From a candidate division FCPU426 bacterium (GTDB lineage Bacteria; Oederibacteriota; Muellerivitia; Muellerivitales; Muellerivitaceae), in the NCBI GenBank assembly GCA_023249615.1, contig JAHFCG010000002.1:1-59384 (forward strand): a stretch of DNA of 59,384 bases, given 5' to 3'. A model generated the notes under the pieces. The model was not told where the DNA came from, did no database searches, and was given only the letters and a program-made list of their open reading frames with translations. Shown here piece after piece: positions 42,371 to 51,125 of this stretch (within the stretch, counting starts at the first letter, position 1; every line of letters begins with the position of its first letter). A program made the translations under genes and the position numbers.

Positions 42371-42589
42371 ATGGCAAAGGAAGAAGCGATTTCGGTGGAG
42401 GGGACGGTCATTGAGGCCCTTCCTAACGCGAGTTTCAGAGTGGAACTGGAAAACAAGCATGTGGTTTTGGCCCATGTGTCCGGGAAAATGAGGATGAATT
42501 TTATCCGAATCCTTCCTGGTGACCGAGTAACCGTGGAACTTTCACCCTATGATTTGAACCGTGGGCGGATAACCTATCGGTTCAAGTAA
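42371..42589 (+). CDS. infA: translation initiation factor IF-1
   Basis: [59 protein letters not shown] at 42362-42367. Confidence 0.96.
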   Translation: MAKEEAISVEGTVIEALPNASFRVELENKHVVLAHVSGKMRMNFIRILPGDRVTVELSPYDLNRGRITYRFK

Positions 42590-42633
42590 AACGGTCGAAT
42601 TTTAAATTTTAGTTTTAAGTGAAGGATTAAATT

Positions 42634-42747
42634 ATGAAGGTTCGGTCGTCAGTAAAACCGATTTGTGACAAATGCAAGGTCATCCGCCGCAAACGGGTGA
42701 TCCGTATTATTTGTACCAACCCCAAACATAAACAGCGGCAAGGATAA
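42634..42747 (+). CDS. rpmJ: 50S ribosomal protein L36 (too short for the ORF track)
   Basis: Hand translation gives [37 protein letters not shown]. This is the canonical L36 C-x2-C-x12-C-x4-H pattern. It sits in the expected infA-rpsM slot. Confidence 0.93.
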   Translation: MKVRSSVKPICDKCKVIRRKRVIRIICTNPKHKQRQG

Positions 42748-42751
42748 AAGA

Positions 42752-43132
42752 ATGGCTCGAATCGCGGGAATTGATTTACCAAAAGACAAGCGTATTGAAG
42801 TGGCGTTGACCTATATTTATGGAATCGGCCAAACCCTGGCGAAAAGAATCCTGGGCAAGGCCAACGTTAACCCGGATATTCGCGTCAAGAACATGAAGGA
42901 TGACGAAGCCGCGAGGATCCAGGGCGTCATCAACTCGGACAACCTCAAGGTGGAGGGCGATCTTCGCCGCGAGGTTTCCATGAATATCAAGCGTTTGATT
43001 GATATCGGAACCTATCGTGGAAGCCGTCATCGCAAGGGTTTACCCGTGCGGGGTCAAAGGACCAAAACCAACTCCCGTACCCGAAAGGGCCCGAAAAAGA
43101 CTGTCGGAAGCGGTCGTAAAAAGGAAGAATAG
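42752..43132 (+). CDS. rpsM: 30S ribosomal protein S13
   Basis: [26 protein letters not shown]..., [20 protein letters not shown]. Confidence 0.97.
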   Translation: MARIAGIDLPKDKRIEVALTYIYGIGQTLAKRILGKANVNPDIRVKNMKDDEAARIQGVINSDNLKVEGDLRREVSMNIKRLIDIGTYRGSRHRKGLPVRGQRTKTNSRTRKGPKKTVGSGRKKEE

Positions 43133-43179
43133 TTTATTTTTTGGAAGTTAATCGTTAGGTAATCCTAAGGAGAAAAAGA

Positions 43180-43608
43180 GTGGCCGAAAAAGAAGAGTCC
43201 AAAATCGAAACGAAGGACGAAAAGGCCGCGCCGGCCTCCGCGGCGAAAAAGGGAAAAAAGGCGCCCCGAAACGGGGTCGTCCACATCCAATGCACTTTTA
43301 ACAACACGCTGGTGACCATTACCGACCCAAAGGGGAATGTGATTACCTGGTCCTCCGCCGGATCGATGAGTTTCAAGGGAAGCCGTAAATCGACCCCCTT
43401 CGCCGCACAGGTTGCCGCTGAGGCCGCCGGGAAAAAAGCAATTGATTCAGGAATGAAGTCGGTTGAGGTTTACGTCAAGGGTCCCGGATCGGGCAGGGAA
43501 GCCGCCATCCGAGCGATTCAAACCTGCGGCCTCCAAATTTCAATCATTAAAGATGTCACCCCTGTTCCGCATAATGGCTGCCGGCCGCCTAAGCGCCGGC
43601 GCGTTTAA
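43180..43608 (+). CDS. rpsK: 30S ribosomal protein S11
   Basis: [22 protein letters not shown]...[20 protein letters not shown] start 7 nt after AAGGAG (43167-43172). Lys/Ala-rich N-terminal extension. Confidence 0.95.
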   Translation: MAEKEESKIETKDEKAAPASAAKKGKKAPRNGVVHIQCTFNNTLVTITDPKGNVITWSSAGSMSFKGSRKSTPFAAQVAAEAAGKKAIDSGMKSVEVYVKGPGSGREAAIRAIQTCGLQISIIKDVTPVPHNGCRPPKRRRV

Positions 43609-43620
43609 AGGAGTTTTTTG

Positions 43621-44241
43621 ATGAGCATCCAGACCGTTTGCCGAATTTGCCGCCGCGAGGGCATGAAACTTTATTTAAAAGGCACCCGTTGCGAAACGGA
43701 AAAGTGCGCTTTTGAACGCCGCAGCTACGCCCCGGGGCAGCACGGGCAAAAACGGAGAAAAGACACCGAATACGGCCTGCAGCTTCGTGAGAAACAAAAG
43801 GTGAAAAGAATCTACGGGGTATTGGAAAAACAATTCCGCCGCTATTTCTCGATTGCTTCCAGGAAAAAAGGAGTCACGGGCGAGACCCTTCTTCAATTAT
43901 TGGAGCAAAGGCTTGATAACACCATTTACCGCATGGGCTTCGCTGAATCGCGCCGCCAGGCCCGCCAGATAGTTAGGCACGGCATGGTATTAGTAAACGG
44001 CAAGAAGGTAGATATCCCATCCTATACTTTGAAGGCAGGCGACAAAATCTCTGCTTTGGAAAAATTTAAGGAAAACGTGGTTTTGAAGCGTTCTTTGGAA
44101 ACCCTTCAAAAACGCGGGGTTCCGGAGTGGCTCGAGGTGGACACCACCGCCCTTTCGGGTGTGTTTAAAAAGGTTCCCACAAAGGATGAAATCGCTCTTC
44201 CCGTTCAGGAACAGCTTATCGTTGAGTTGTATTCGAAATAA
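43621..44241 (+). CDS. rpsD: 30S ribosomal protein S4
   Basis: [18 protein letters not shown]...C zinc cluster, [11 protein letters not shown]4 RNA-binding domain. ATG 43621 is preferred (AAGGAG at 43608-43613). TTG 43618 is the track start. Confidence 0.95.
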   Translation: MSIQTVCRICRREGMKLYLKGTRCETEKCAFERRSYAPGQHGQKRRKDTEYGLQLREKQKVKRIYGVLEKQFRRYFSIASRKKGVTGETLLQLLEQRLDNTIYRMGFAESRRQARQIVRHGMVLVNGKKVDIPSYTLKAGDKISALEKFKENVVLKRSLETLQKRGVPEWLEVDTTALSGVFKKVPTKDEIALPVQEQLIVELYSK

Positions 44242-44295
44242 GGATGGGATGGGATTCAGGTCCCTTTTAGCGGGACTAATTTAGCAGGAGGCGTC

Positions 44296-45309
44296 ATGCA
44301 AATCGGAAATGTGCAGATCCCAAAGTTCTTGGATTATGAAAAAGATTCCTTAACTCCTACCTATGGAAAGTTTATCGCCGAGCCCTTTGAGAGGGGTTAT
44401 GGCCAATCCGTCGGAAATTCATTAAGGCGCATTCTTTTATCCTCCATTACTGGTGCCGCGGTAACATCCGTAAAATTTGAGGGAGTTTCCCATGAATATT
44501 CCTCGATTTCCGGCGTGGTTGAGGACACAACCGAAATTATTTTGAATTTAAAGGAATTGAAACTGAAGCTGTTCAGTCCTGGAACCAAAACCCTTCGGTT
44601 GTCAGTAAAGGGCGAACGGAATGTGGTTGCCGCGGATATTCAAGCCAATGCCGACGTTGAAATTTTAAATCCCCAGCTCAAACTTGCCACCCTGACCGAG
44701 GATGACGCGACCTTGGATCTCGAAATTGAGATTGCCGAGGGTCGTGGTTACGCTCCCGCTGAGCGGAACAAACGCGAGGGACAGCCGATCGGGGTTATCC
44801 CGATTGATTCCATTTTCACCCCTGTCTCCCAGGTAAAATATTCGGTGGAATCGGCCCGAATCGGGCAAATGACCGATTATGACAAACTCATCATGGAAAT
44901 TTGGACGGATGGCCGAATTCATCCGGAGGACGCCTTGGCCCACGCCTCGAAAATATTAAGGGATTCCCTCCAGATATTTATAAATTTCGAGGAAGAACCC
45001 ATTCAACAGGATGATTCTGTCAGCGAAGAGGAAGAGCGCTTGAGGGAGCTTCTGAATGAAAGCGTTGAGGAGTTGGAACTTTCCGTTCGCTCCGCGAATT
45101 GCCTCAAAACCGCCAACATCAAGACGATCGGGGATTTGGTGCGGAAAACCGAATCCGACATGTTGAAATACAAGAATTTTGGCCGTAAATCCCTGAACGA
45201 AATTAAGGAAATTTTAAGCGGAATGGGCCTGTCTTTCGGAATGGATGTTGATTCCATTCTTGCCAAGGGAAAGTCATCCTCGCCCGCGCGTGTTGAAGCC
45301 AGCGTTTAA
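44296..45309 (+). CDS. rpoA: DNA-directed RNA polymerase subunit alpha
   Basis: [33 protein letters not shown] organisation, [24 protein letters not shown]. Confidence 0.97.
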   Translation: MQIGNVQIPKFLDYEKDSLTPTYGKFIAEPFERGYGQSVGNSLRRILLSSITGAAVTSVKFEGVSHEYSSISGVVEDTTEIILNLKELKLKLFSPGTKTLRLSVKGERNVVAADIQANADVEILNPQLKLATLTEDDATLDLEIEIAEGRGYAPAERNKREGQPIGVIPIDSIFTPVSQVKYSVESARIGQMTDYDKLIMEIWTDGRIHPEDALAHASKILRDSLQIFINFEEEPIQQDDSVSEEEERLRELLNESVEELELSVRSANCLKTANIKTIGDLVRKTESDMLKYKNFGRKSLNEIKEILSGMGLSFGMDVDSILAKGKSSSPARVEASV

Positions 45310-45328
45310 ATCGGATTAGGAGCTATTT

Positions 45329-45811
45329 ATGAGACATCAAGCACATCATGGCCGCCTGGGAGTACAGCCGGCCCACCGCAGGGCAATGATCCGCAATATG
45401 GTTACGTCCCTCTTGAAACATGAACGGGTTAAAACCACCAAATCACGCGCGAAGGAAGTCCGCCGGTACGCGGAAAAAATGATCACCATCGCCAAAAAGG
45501 AAACCCTCGCTTCCAAAAGACATGTTTTGAGTTTTGTTAGGGAACGGGATGTGGTGAACAAGTTATTTCAGACGATTATTTACCGCTATGCCGAAAGAAA
45601 AGGCGGATACACCCGCATTTTGAAATTGGGCAACCGAAAAGGCGACGGCGCGGAAATGGTTTTTCTCGAACTGGTGGATCGGGTCATCCCGGAAACTCCC
45701 ACCGAGACCAAAACCGAAAAAAAAGAAAAGACCGCGACTCCGGATCAGGCCTCCGCTGAGAACAAGGGCGGTTCCAAGAAAAAACAGAAGGAACCGGTAA
45801 CCGCCTCTTAA
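45329..45811 (+). CDS. rplQ: 50S ribosomal protein L17 with Lys/Thr/Glu-rich C-terminal tail
   Basis: [51 protein letters not shown]. Confidence 0.96.
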   Translation: MRHQAHHGRLGVQPAHRRAMIRNMVTSLLKHERVKTTKSRAKEVRRYAEKMITIAKKETLASKRHVLSFVRERDVVNKLFQTIIYRYAERKGGYTRILKLGNRKGDGAEMVFLELVDRVIPETPTETKTEKKEKTATPDQASAENKGGSKKKQKEPVTAS

Positions 45812-45867
45812 CCGGTTTAGGGTTAAAAACTCCCCAATAACAAAGATTAGCCGGTTAATTTTCTTTT
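45808..45867 (+). terminator. candidate terminator of the alpha operon (long-loop hairpin plus T-run)
   Basis: TTAACCGG (45808-45815, includes the rplQ stop) pairs with CCGGTTAA (45851-45858), followed by TTTTCTTTT. The 35-nt loop is atypically long. Confidence 0.4.
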
Positions 45868-45894
45868 GACCTGGTCTTCCTCCATGCGTAGAAT
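45866..45894 (+). promoter_or_regulatory. sigma70-type promoter candidate (TTGACC - 17 nt - TAGAAT)
   Basis: TTGACC at 45866-45871, 17-nt spacer, TAGAAT at 45889-45894. The -10 ends only 12 nt before the ATG at 45907. Confidence 0.55.
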
Positions 45895-45906
45895 ACCCCG
45901 TACTTT

Positions 45907-46428
45907 ATGAAAACAAACCCTTCAAAAATCCTCGCTGTCCTTTTTTCCAGTGTGTTTCTTTTTTCTGTTTCCGCTGTCTCGGCCCAAAATTCCGATACGG
46001 GTTTATCCGGAAGCCTGGAAACCAACCACCAAAACTATTTTTACAAGGATCCGAACAAGGCATTTCTGCTGGCTTTTTTTCCAGGCTTTTTAATCCATGG
46101 TTACGGTCATTTTTACGCGGATGACAATTTAATGGGCAATGTTCTTTTGACCGGGGAGGTGTTTTCGGTTCTTTCCATCGGGTTGGGGGCCTTGATTAAA
46201 TCCGACACAAGGACATTTTCGGGTGGTCTTCTGGGAAATCCATCGGACGCCAATAACACGGGCAATAACCTTTTGTGGGGTGGGGTCATCGCCTTTACCG
46301 GTCTTTGGTTTATTGATATGGCGCACGCGCCGACTGCCGCGAAGGATTACAACGACGAACATGGTTTAAAACCGATCGCTTATTTTGACCAGGATCGTCC
46401 CACTTTGGCTTTGGCGTACCGTTTCTAG
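45907..46428 (+). CDS. hypothetical secreted/membrane protein
   Basis: Signal peptide ...VFLFSVSAVSA, internal hydrophobic segments, C-terminus ...LALAYRF ending in Phe. I recognise no family. Confidence 0.55.
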   Translation: MKTNPSKILAVLFSSVFLFSVSAVSAQNSDTGLSGSLETNHQNYFYKDPNKAFLLAFFPGFLIHGYGHFYADDNLMGNVLLTGEVFSVLSIGLGALIKSDTRTFSGGLLGNPSDANNTGNNLLWGGVIAFTGLWFIDMAHAPTAAKDYNDEHGLKPIAYFDQDRPTLALAYRF

Positions 46429-46542
46429 GTTTTAAATTCTTTTACAGGTTTTTCCCTTTCAAAAATGTTTACCGCTGTTTGGGTTGTTAAATGAGAATTT
46501 GTTGATTTTCAAAAAAATCCCAAACAGCCCCAGTGCCCCTCA

Positions 46543-47979
46543 ATGACAAAATCCTTAAACGATGTTTTCCTGGTTTTTCTTTTTTTGTTCTCCATTTTCA
46601 CATCCTGCCACGCTATTTTGAACAAGCGCGATCCCCGGGCCGGGTTCGGCTGGGTCGTCACTTCACTGGTTTTTATTGGTTTTGGCCCATGCCTTTATTG
46701 GCTTTTTGGCATCAACCGCATCAGAACTTTCGCCAGAAAAATTTATCATTTGGGCCGTTGGAATCACGAGAAGAAAAGCACCAGCGATAAAAGCTCCTTC
46801 AAGCTTTCGGAGGACCATCCGTTTTTTTTAAAGGATTTCAGGGGAATTTTGCATGTGTCCGAGAAGGTTAACCGCCACCCCCTGATGATCGGAAACGCCA
46901 TCTGGATTCTTCACAACGGCGAGGAGGCCTATCCCGAAATGTTGAGGGGGATTCGGGCGGCGAAAAAATTCATTTATCTTTGCACCTATATTTTTGAGGC
47001 GGATAAAACGGGTTTTGAATTCGTCCAGGCACTGGGGGAGGCACAAAAAAGGGGAGTGGAGGTTTTGGTTTTAATCGACGGATTCGGGGACATCTATTCC
47101 AAACCCTCGATCCACCATTTTTTAAAGGCAAAGGGAATCCGGGTTGAACGGTTCCTTCCTTTGTCCTTTTCGGTCAACAGCCTCCATTTTAATTTGAGGA
47201 ACCACCGGAAATTATTGGTCGTCGATGGGCATGTGGGTTTTACGGGGGGAATGAATATCCGGGACCGTCATTTTTTAGGATCGAAAAACAAGAAAACCAT
47301 TTCCGACATCCATTTCAAAGTGGAAGGACCCGCCGTCCTGGAACTTCAGGAGGTTTTTCTCGAGGACTGGTTTTTTGTCACCCGGGAATCCCTTCCCTGG
47401 GAGGCTCATCCCCACGCCCTTTTACCCGGTTATTCGGTCTGCAGGGTGATTTCGGGCGGTCCCAACGAGGATTTTGAAAAAATAAACTGGATTCTTCTCG
47501 GGGCCCTGGCCTGGGCTAAAACGAAAATTCAAATCATGACTCCTTATTTTGTGCCGGACCCCTCCATGATTTCCGCCCTTAACACAGCAGCCTTGAGGGG
47601 CGTACAGGTGGAGGTTATTCTTCCGGAAAAAAACAATCTTCCGTTTGTTTCCTGGGCCAACCGGGCGCTTTTAAGGGAAATGCTGGAATGCGGCGTCGGG
47701 TTTTATTATCAACCTCCCCCCTTTTCGCACAGCAAGTTATTTGTCGTGGATGAATCTTATTCCCTGATCGGGTCCAGTAACTGGGATGATCGAAGCCTTA
47801 AACTGAATTTCGAGCTGGATTTGGAGGTTTATGATCCGGCTTTCGCGCAAAAACTCTCGGGCCATTTCAATGAGGTCCTCGGGAAAGCCCGGGAAATTAC
47901 TCTGGCGGAAATAGTAAAGGATCCTATCAGTGAAAAATTCAGAAATTCACTGGTGAAGCTGTTTTCGCCCTACCTTTAG
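46543..47979 (+). CDS. cls: cardiolipin synthase (phospholipase D superfamily, two HKD motifs)
   Basis: N-terminal TM pair. HKD 1 is HRKLLVVDGHVGFTGGMNI. HKD 2 is HSKLFVVDESYSLIGSSNWDDRS. Confidence 0.88.
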   Translation: MTKSLNDVFLVFLFLFSIFTSCHAILNKRDPRAGFGWVVTSLVFIGFGPCLYWLFGINRIRTFARKIYHLGRWNHEKKSTSDKSSFKLSEDHPFFLKDFRGILHVSEKVNRHPLMIGNAIWILHNGEEAYPEMLRGIRAAKKFIYLCTYIFEADKTGFEFVQALGEAQKRGVEVLVLIDGFGDIYSKPSIHHFLKAKGIRVERFLPLSFSVNSLHFNLRNHRKLLVVDGHVGFTGGMNIRDRHFLGSKNKKTISDIHFKVEGPAVLELQEVFLEDWFFVTRESLPWEAHPHALLPGYSVCRVISGGPNEDFEKINWILLGALAWAKTKIQIMTPYFVPDPSMISALNTAALRGVQVEVILPEKNNLPFVSWANRALLREMLECGVGFYYQPPPFSHSKLFVVDESYSLIGSSNWDDRSLKLNFELDLEVYDPAFAQKLSGHFNEVLGKAREITLAEIVKDPISEKFRNSLVKLFSPYL

Positions 47980-48019
47980 GAGCCCTTTTTGGCCTTCCGC
48001 TGAATCCCGGGGCCCTTCA

Positions 48020-48048
48020 TTGAACCCCCGGACAAATGGCGATAAAAT
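48020..48048 (+). promoter_or_regulatory. sigma70-type promoter candidate (TTGAAC - 17 nt - TAAAAT)
   Basis: TTGAAC at 48020-48025 and TAAAAT at 48043-48048, about 40 nt upstream of ATG 48089. Confidence 0.5.
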
Positions 48049-48088
48049 ACCTTATCTCAAATTTGGAAAGTCCGGCGGGGAGGCATTT

Positions 48089-49621
48089 ATGACGCGAAAA
48101 TTGACCACGAAAAAACTTTTATTTACGGGTCTTTTAAGTTGTTTTTGGGTTACCCCTCTTTTGGCTGATTCGTTTCAACCGCCGATTTCCATTCCCGCGG
48201 GGATCAGTCCGAGGGGAGTAGGTGTTGGAAATGTTTATGGCCGTGGAACCCACAGCCTGGTTGTCGCCAATTTTGGATCCTCCACTTTTATCGGCCAAAC
48301 AACGCCGGCTACCCTTTTAAATCCACAGAATTCAACCCTGCAAATATTTTCGCCAAGCCCCGCTGGTTTGATTTTAACCCAAACCATTCAGGCGGCGCCG
48401 AGTCCCAGGGGAGTATTTCTGTTTGATTTAAGCGGCAAAGGCCGGCAGGAAATTCTGGTTACAGGTTATGACGCCAATGTTCTCCAGGTTTTCAGCTGGG
48501 AAAAGGGCCAGTTTGTAAAAACAGCCGAGGAAACCACGGGCAAAATGCCAGTTGGGGTTACCGCGGGGTTAACCCGCCGCGGGGGAACTCCTTTCGCCGC
48601 GGTCGCCAATTATGGATCGAATACCCTTTCGCTTTTTAAGGTTGAGGCGGGGAAATTTCTTCAAAAGTTGGACGTATCCGTTGCGGAGGGACCCGCTCAA
48701 ATAGCCATCGGCGATATGAACGGGGATGGGATAAACGAAATTGCCGCTGTTTGTTTACCTGCCCATAAAATATTGATCCTTTCAAAGGCACCGGGGTCCA
48801 AGGATGATGATCTTTCCTCCTATTCTGTTTCCAAAACCATTAATTTGGGTGATGGAAGTTCGCCCTCGGATTTAAGGGTGGGGGATTTAAATGGGGACGG
48901 AAAAGCCGACCTGGTGGCAGCGGACTTCACTAAAAACCTGATATATATCTTCTTCCAAAACAGTGACGGTACTTTGTCCGCGCAGTTTTCATTGTCAACC
49001 AGCGGGGAACATCCCAATGGATTGACAGTGGCTGATTTATTCGGCACAGGGGAAAAGGAAATCATTGTCGCCAACCGGGATTCGGATTCGATCGATATTT
49101 TCCAGATGAAAAACGGCCAATATCAACTTTCCCAAACCCTGAAGGTCACCGATGAACCCGCGGCTTCCTTTGGGCCGATTGAGATCGGGGTGATCGACGC
49201 CAATGGACAAGGAAAATTAAGTCTGGTGGCCAGCCATATGCGTTCTAATTCGCTCAGGGTTTTAAACCAAACGGCAGGGGGAAATTCCTCCGCCATGGTA
49301 TTCAAGAGCGCGGCGGGGGAAGGGGCCGCCCCTTTTTCTGAAAAAACGACCTTTTGCTACCCCAATCCATCCAAGGACGGGAAAGTCAAATTCACCTTCA
49401 GCCTTTTGGCGCCATCGGCGGTTAATATCAGGATTTTTGACGTTAGGGGAGAAGTGGTTTGGTCCCAAAATTTAAGCCCTTCCCAAACCAATTCCGGAAT
49501 TAATGTCTTGAATTGGGAAGGGGTCAATCAGGCCGGGGAAAGCCTGGCCAGCGGACTTTACCTGTACAGCATAAAGGTCGGGGAAAAGACGGTAACCAAA
49601 AAGGTTAACATCATCCATTAA
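48089..49621 (+). CDS. FG-GAP/VCBS-repeat beta-propeller protein with T9SS-type (or FlgD-Ig-like) C-terminal domain
   Basis: GGGGAGG at 48077-48083 precedes ATG 48089. Signal peptide LLFTGLLSCFWVTPLLA. Repeated x-GD-x-NGDG-x-D/E blocks (IGDMNGDGINEIAAV, VGDLNGDGKADLVAADF, VADLFGTGEKEIIVAN). C-terminal about 85 aa: FCYPNPSKDGKVKFTFSL...SGLYLYSIKVGEKTVTKKVNIIH. Confidence 0.75.
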   Translation: MTRKLTTKKLLFTGLLSCFWVTPLLADSFQPPISIPAGISPRGVGVGNVYGRGTHSLVVANFGSSTFIGQTTPATLLNPQNSTLQIFSPSPAGLILTQTIQAAPSPRGVFLFDLSGKGRQEILVTGYDANVLQVFSWEKGQFVKTAEETTGKMPVGVTAGLTRRGGTPFAAVANYGSNTLSLFKVEAGKFLQKLDVSVAEGPAQIAIGDMNGDGINEIAAVCLPAHKILILSKAPGSKDDDLSSYSVSKTINLGDGSSPSDLRVGDLNGDGKADLVAADFTKNLIYIFFQNSDGTLSAQFSLSTSGEHPNGLTVADLFGTGEKEIIVANRDSDSIDIFQMKNGQYQLSQTLKVTDEPAASFGPIEIGVIDANGQGKLSLVASHMRSNSLRVLNQTAGGNSSAMVFKSAAGEGAAPFSEKTTFCYPNPSKDGKVKFTFSLLAPSAVNIRIFDVRGEVVWSQNLSPSQTNSGINVLNWEGVNQAGESLASGLYLYSIKVGEKTVTKKVNIIH

Positions 49622-49633
49622 AACCAGGGCTAA

Positions 49634-50140
49634 TTAAAAAGCCTTGGAGGTTTCGGGTGAAATGAAGGGCACCGTGTTGAAAGCCTGGGGCTTGCGCGAT
49701 GTGTTTTCCATTTGATCTGCCTTGAAAATCTGGTTCGAGTTTTTATGGGATCCCTTGGTCAGGCGGTATCCGGCGGCTTCCAGGGCCTGCTTCCAGCTTC
49801 CGAACTCCCTGCGGGCCGCGGAATAAAGCGCCAGCTTGTCACGGTAGGTGGTTAAAAGGTTTTGGGATTCAGCTTTACGGACCGCCTCCAGCACCTGATC
49901 CTTGGACCACTTGGTCAGTTTTTTTCGCCGGCGGGCTTTCCCCGCCTCCAGAATCTGGTCATAATCAATTCCCGCAGCCTTTACCGCGTTGGACCAGCTT
50001 GAAAAATAACGCCTTGAACAGGCGGCGGTAAAAAGGGGAATGTGGTTTTTGGAGATGTTGCTGGCGGAAATGTCGGCGTTTTGTTTTTTCAATTCTTTGA
50101 TGGTTTCGACGATTTTTTCCTTTGACCATTTTTGTTTCAT
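49634..50140 (-). CDS. small protein made of two homing-endonuclease-associated (HNH-repeat-like) helical repeats, no catalytic domain
   Basis: The only accepted minus-strand gene. AAGGAG 7 nt upstream of the ATG. Internal duplication: WSKEKIVETIKEL...LFTAACSRRYFSSWSNAVKAAGIDY versus WSKDQVLEAVRKA...LYSAARREFGSWKQALEAAGYRL. Confidence 0.6.
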   Translation of the reverse strand: MKQKWSKEKIVETIKELKKQNADISASNISKNHIPLFTAACSRRYFSSWSNAVKAAGIDYDQILEAGKARRRKKLTKWSKDQVLEAVRKAESQNLLTTYRDKLALYSAARREFGSWKQALEAAGYRLTKGSHKNSNQIFKADQMENTSRKPQAFNTVPFISPETSKAF

Positions 50141-50220
50141 AATATTTACTCCTTCGGGAATTTTTTGTGGGTGTGGATGGGCGGTTTGTTAGGTTGTTTT
50201 GAATCAAATACTAAGTAAGG

Positions 50221-50260
50221 TTATGTTATATTATGATATATTATGTTTCAATATGTTTCG
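50221..50260. repeat. four tandem 10-bp units phased at one helical turn (TTATGTTATA / TTATGATATA / TTATGTTTCA / ATATGTTTCG)
   Basis: Read directly at 50221, 50231, 50241 and 50251 in the divergent intergenic region between the minus-strand gene and the 50412 operon. Confidence 0.6.
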
Positions 50261-50411
50261 TTATTATTTAAATGGCTGTAATTCAAAGCTTTTCAGGGGT
50301 TTTTTAAAAAATTGACCTAAAACCCCGCATAATTGGTTTAAGGGTTTTCTTTCCAGGAATGAATTTCACCGGTTTTGATCCGTTCGCCGTACCCAAATAA
50401 TAGGGGTTTTT

Positions 50412-51125
50412 GTGGCCAAATTTGCCAAAGACTTTTTGGAAATAACGGTATTTTTGCTCCTTACCACTTTTTTATACTTACTGTTCACCCTTACTCTTCC
50501 CCTTTTCAGGGAACCCCATGGCCTGTTGGTTTCAAGCGACTTCCTGGATTTTTCCAGGCTGAAATTCTTTTTTGTTTTTCTTTTTGGTTCCTCGGGCGTC
50601 TGTGTGTTGTTGGGAGTCCTTCTGATGGATTTGGCGCCCATCTTTTCCGCCGGGGTCATGGCCAACTTATGGGCCTCCACCTACTTGTTTATTTGGATGG
50701 ATAGTGTTCTTTTTCTTTTTATCCAAACAAAATCCCCGGTGGTCCCATTCGGGTTTGGAATTGGTCTTTTGTTTATTTATCTTTTTTTCTTCCTCCTGGC
50801 GACTTTCGTAATTCCGGGTGACGACGTCCCGCGGATTTTGCCGTGGAAAAATAAATTGGTTTCCGTTTGGCTCTGGGGATGGATGGGGTTTTATCTCGGC
50901 CTTTCGGGTTTCCTTGTTTTTTATTCGTTTTTTCACGAAGGATCCCGCCTGCCTCTCGCGGCCGCGTCCGTGTTCCTGTGTTTCCTCAACTACCTGTTGT
51001 TTCTTTTCATTAAAAAATCCGAGGGAAAGAACACGGACCTTCTTTCCAGATTAGGCCGGGTGGTTTTTACGGCCTGGGTTTTCGGCTTAATCCTGGTTTG
51101 GCTGGGCCGCCAATGGTTGATTTAA
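50412..51125 (+). CDS. polytopic integral membrane protein, unknown family
   Basis: About 7 hydrophobic helices, very Phe/Leu-rich. Its 3' end overlaps the next gene. Confidence 0.6.
   Translation: MAKFAKDFLEITVFLLLTTFLYLLFTLTLPLFREPHGLLVSSDFLDFSRLKFFFVFLFGSSGVCVLLGVLLMDLAPIFSAGVMANLWASTYLFIWMDSVLFLFIQTKSPVVPFGFGIGLLFIYLFFFLLATFVIPGDDVPRILPWKNKLVSVWLWGWMGFYLGLSGFLVFYSFFHEGSRLPLAAASVFLCFLNYLLFLFIKKSEGKNTDLLSRLGRVVFTAWVFGLILVWLGRQWLI

Noticed and set aside
49624-49647. Hairpin CCAGGGCT/AGCCTTGG between the convergent genes as a bidirectional terminator
   Set aside because: There is one G-U/A-C position and no U-tract on either strand. The right arm is inside the minus-strand coding sequence. 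This is too weak to call.
50221-50260. The AT-rich tandem repeats as a CRISPR array or minisatellite
   Set aside because: The units are only 10 bp, degenerate, contiguous without spacers, and limited to four copies. No cas genes are nearby. I interpret them as a phased regulatory or curved-DNA element.
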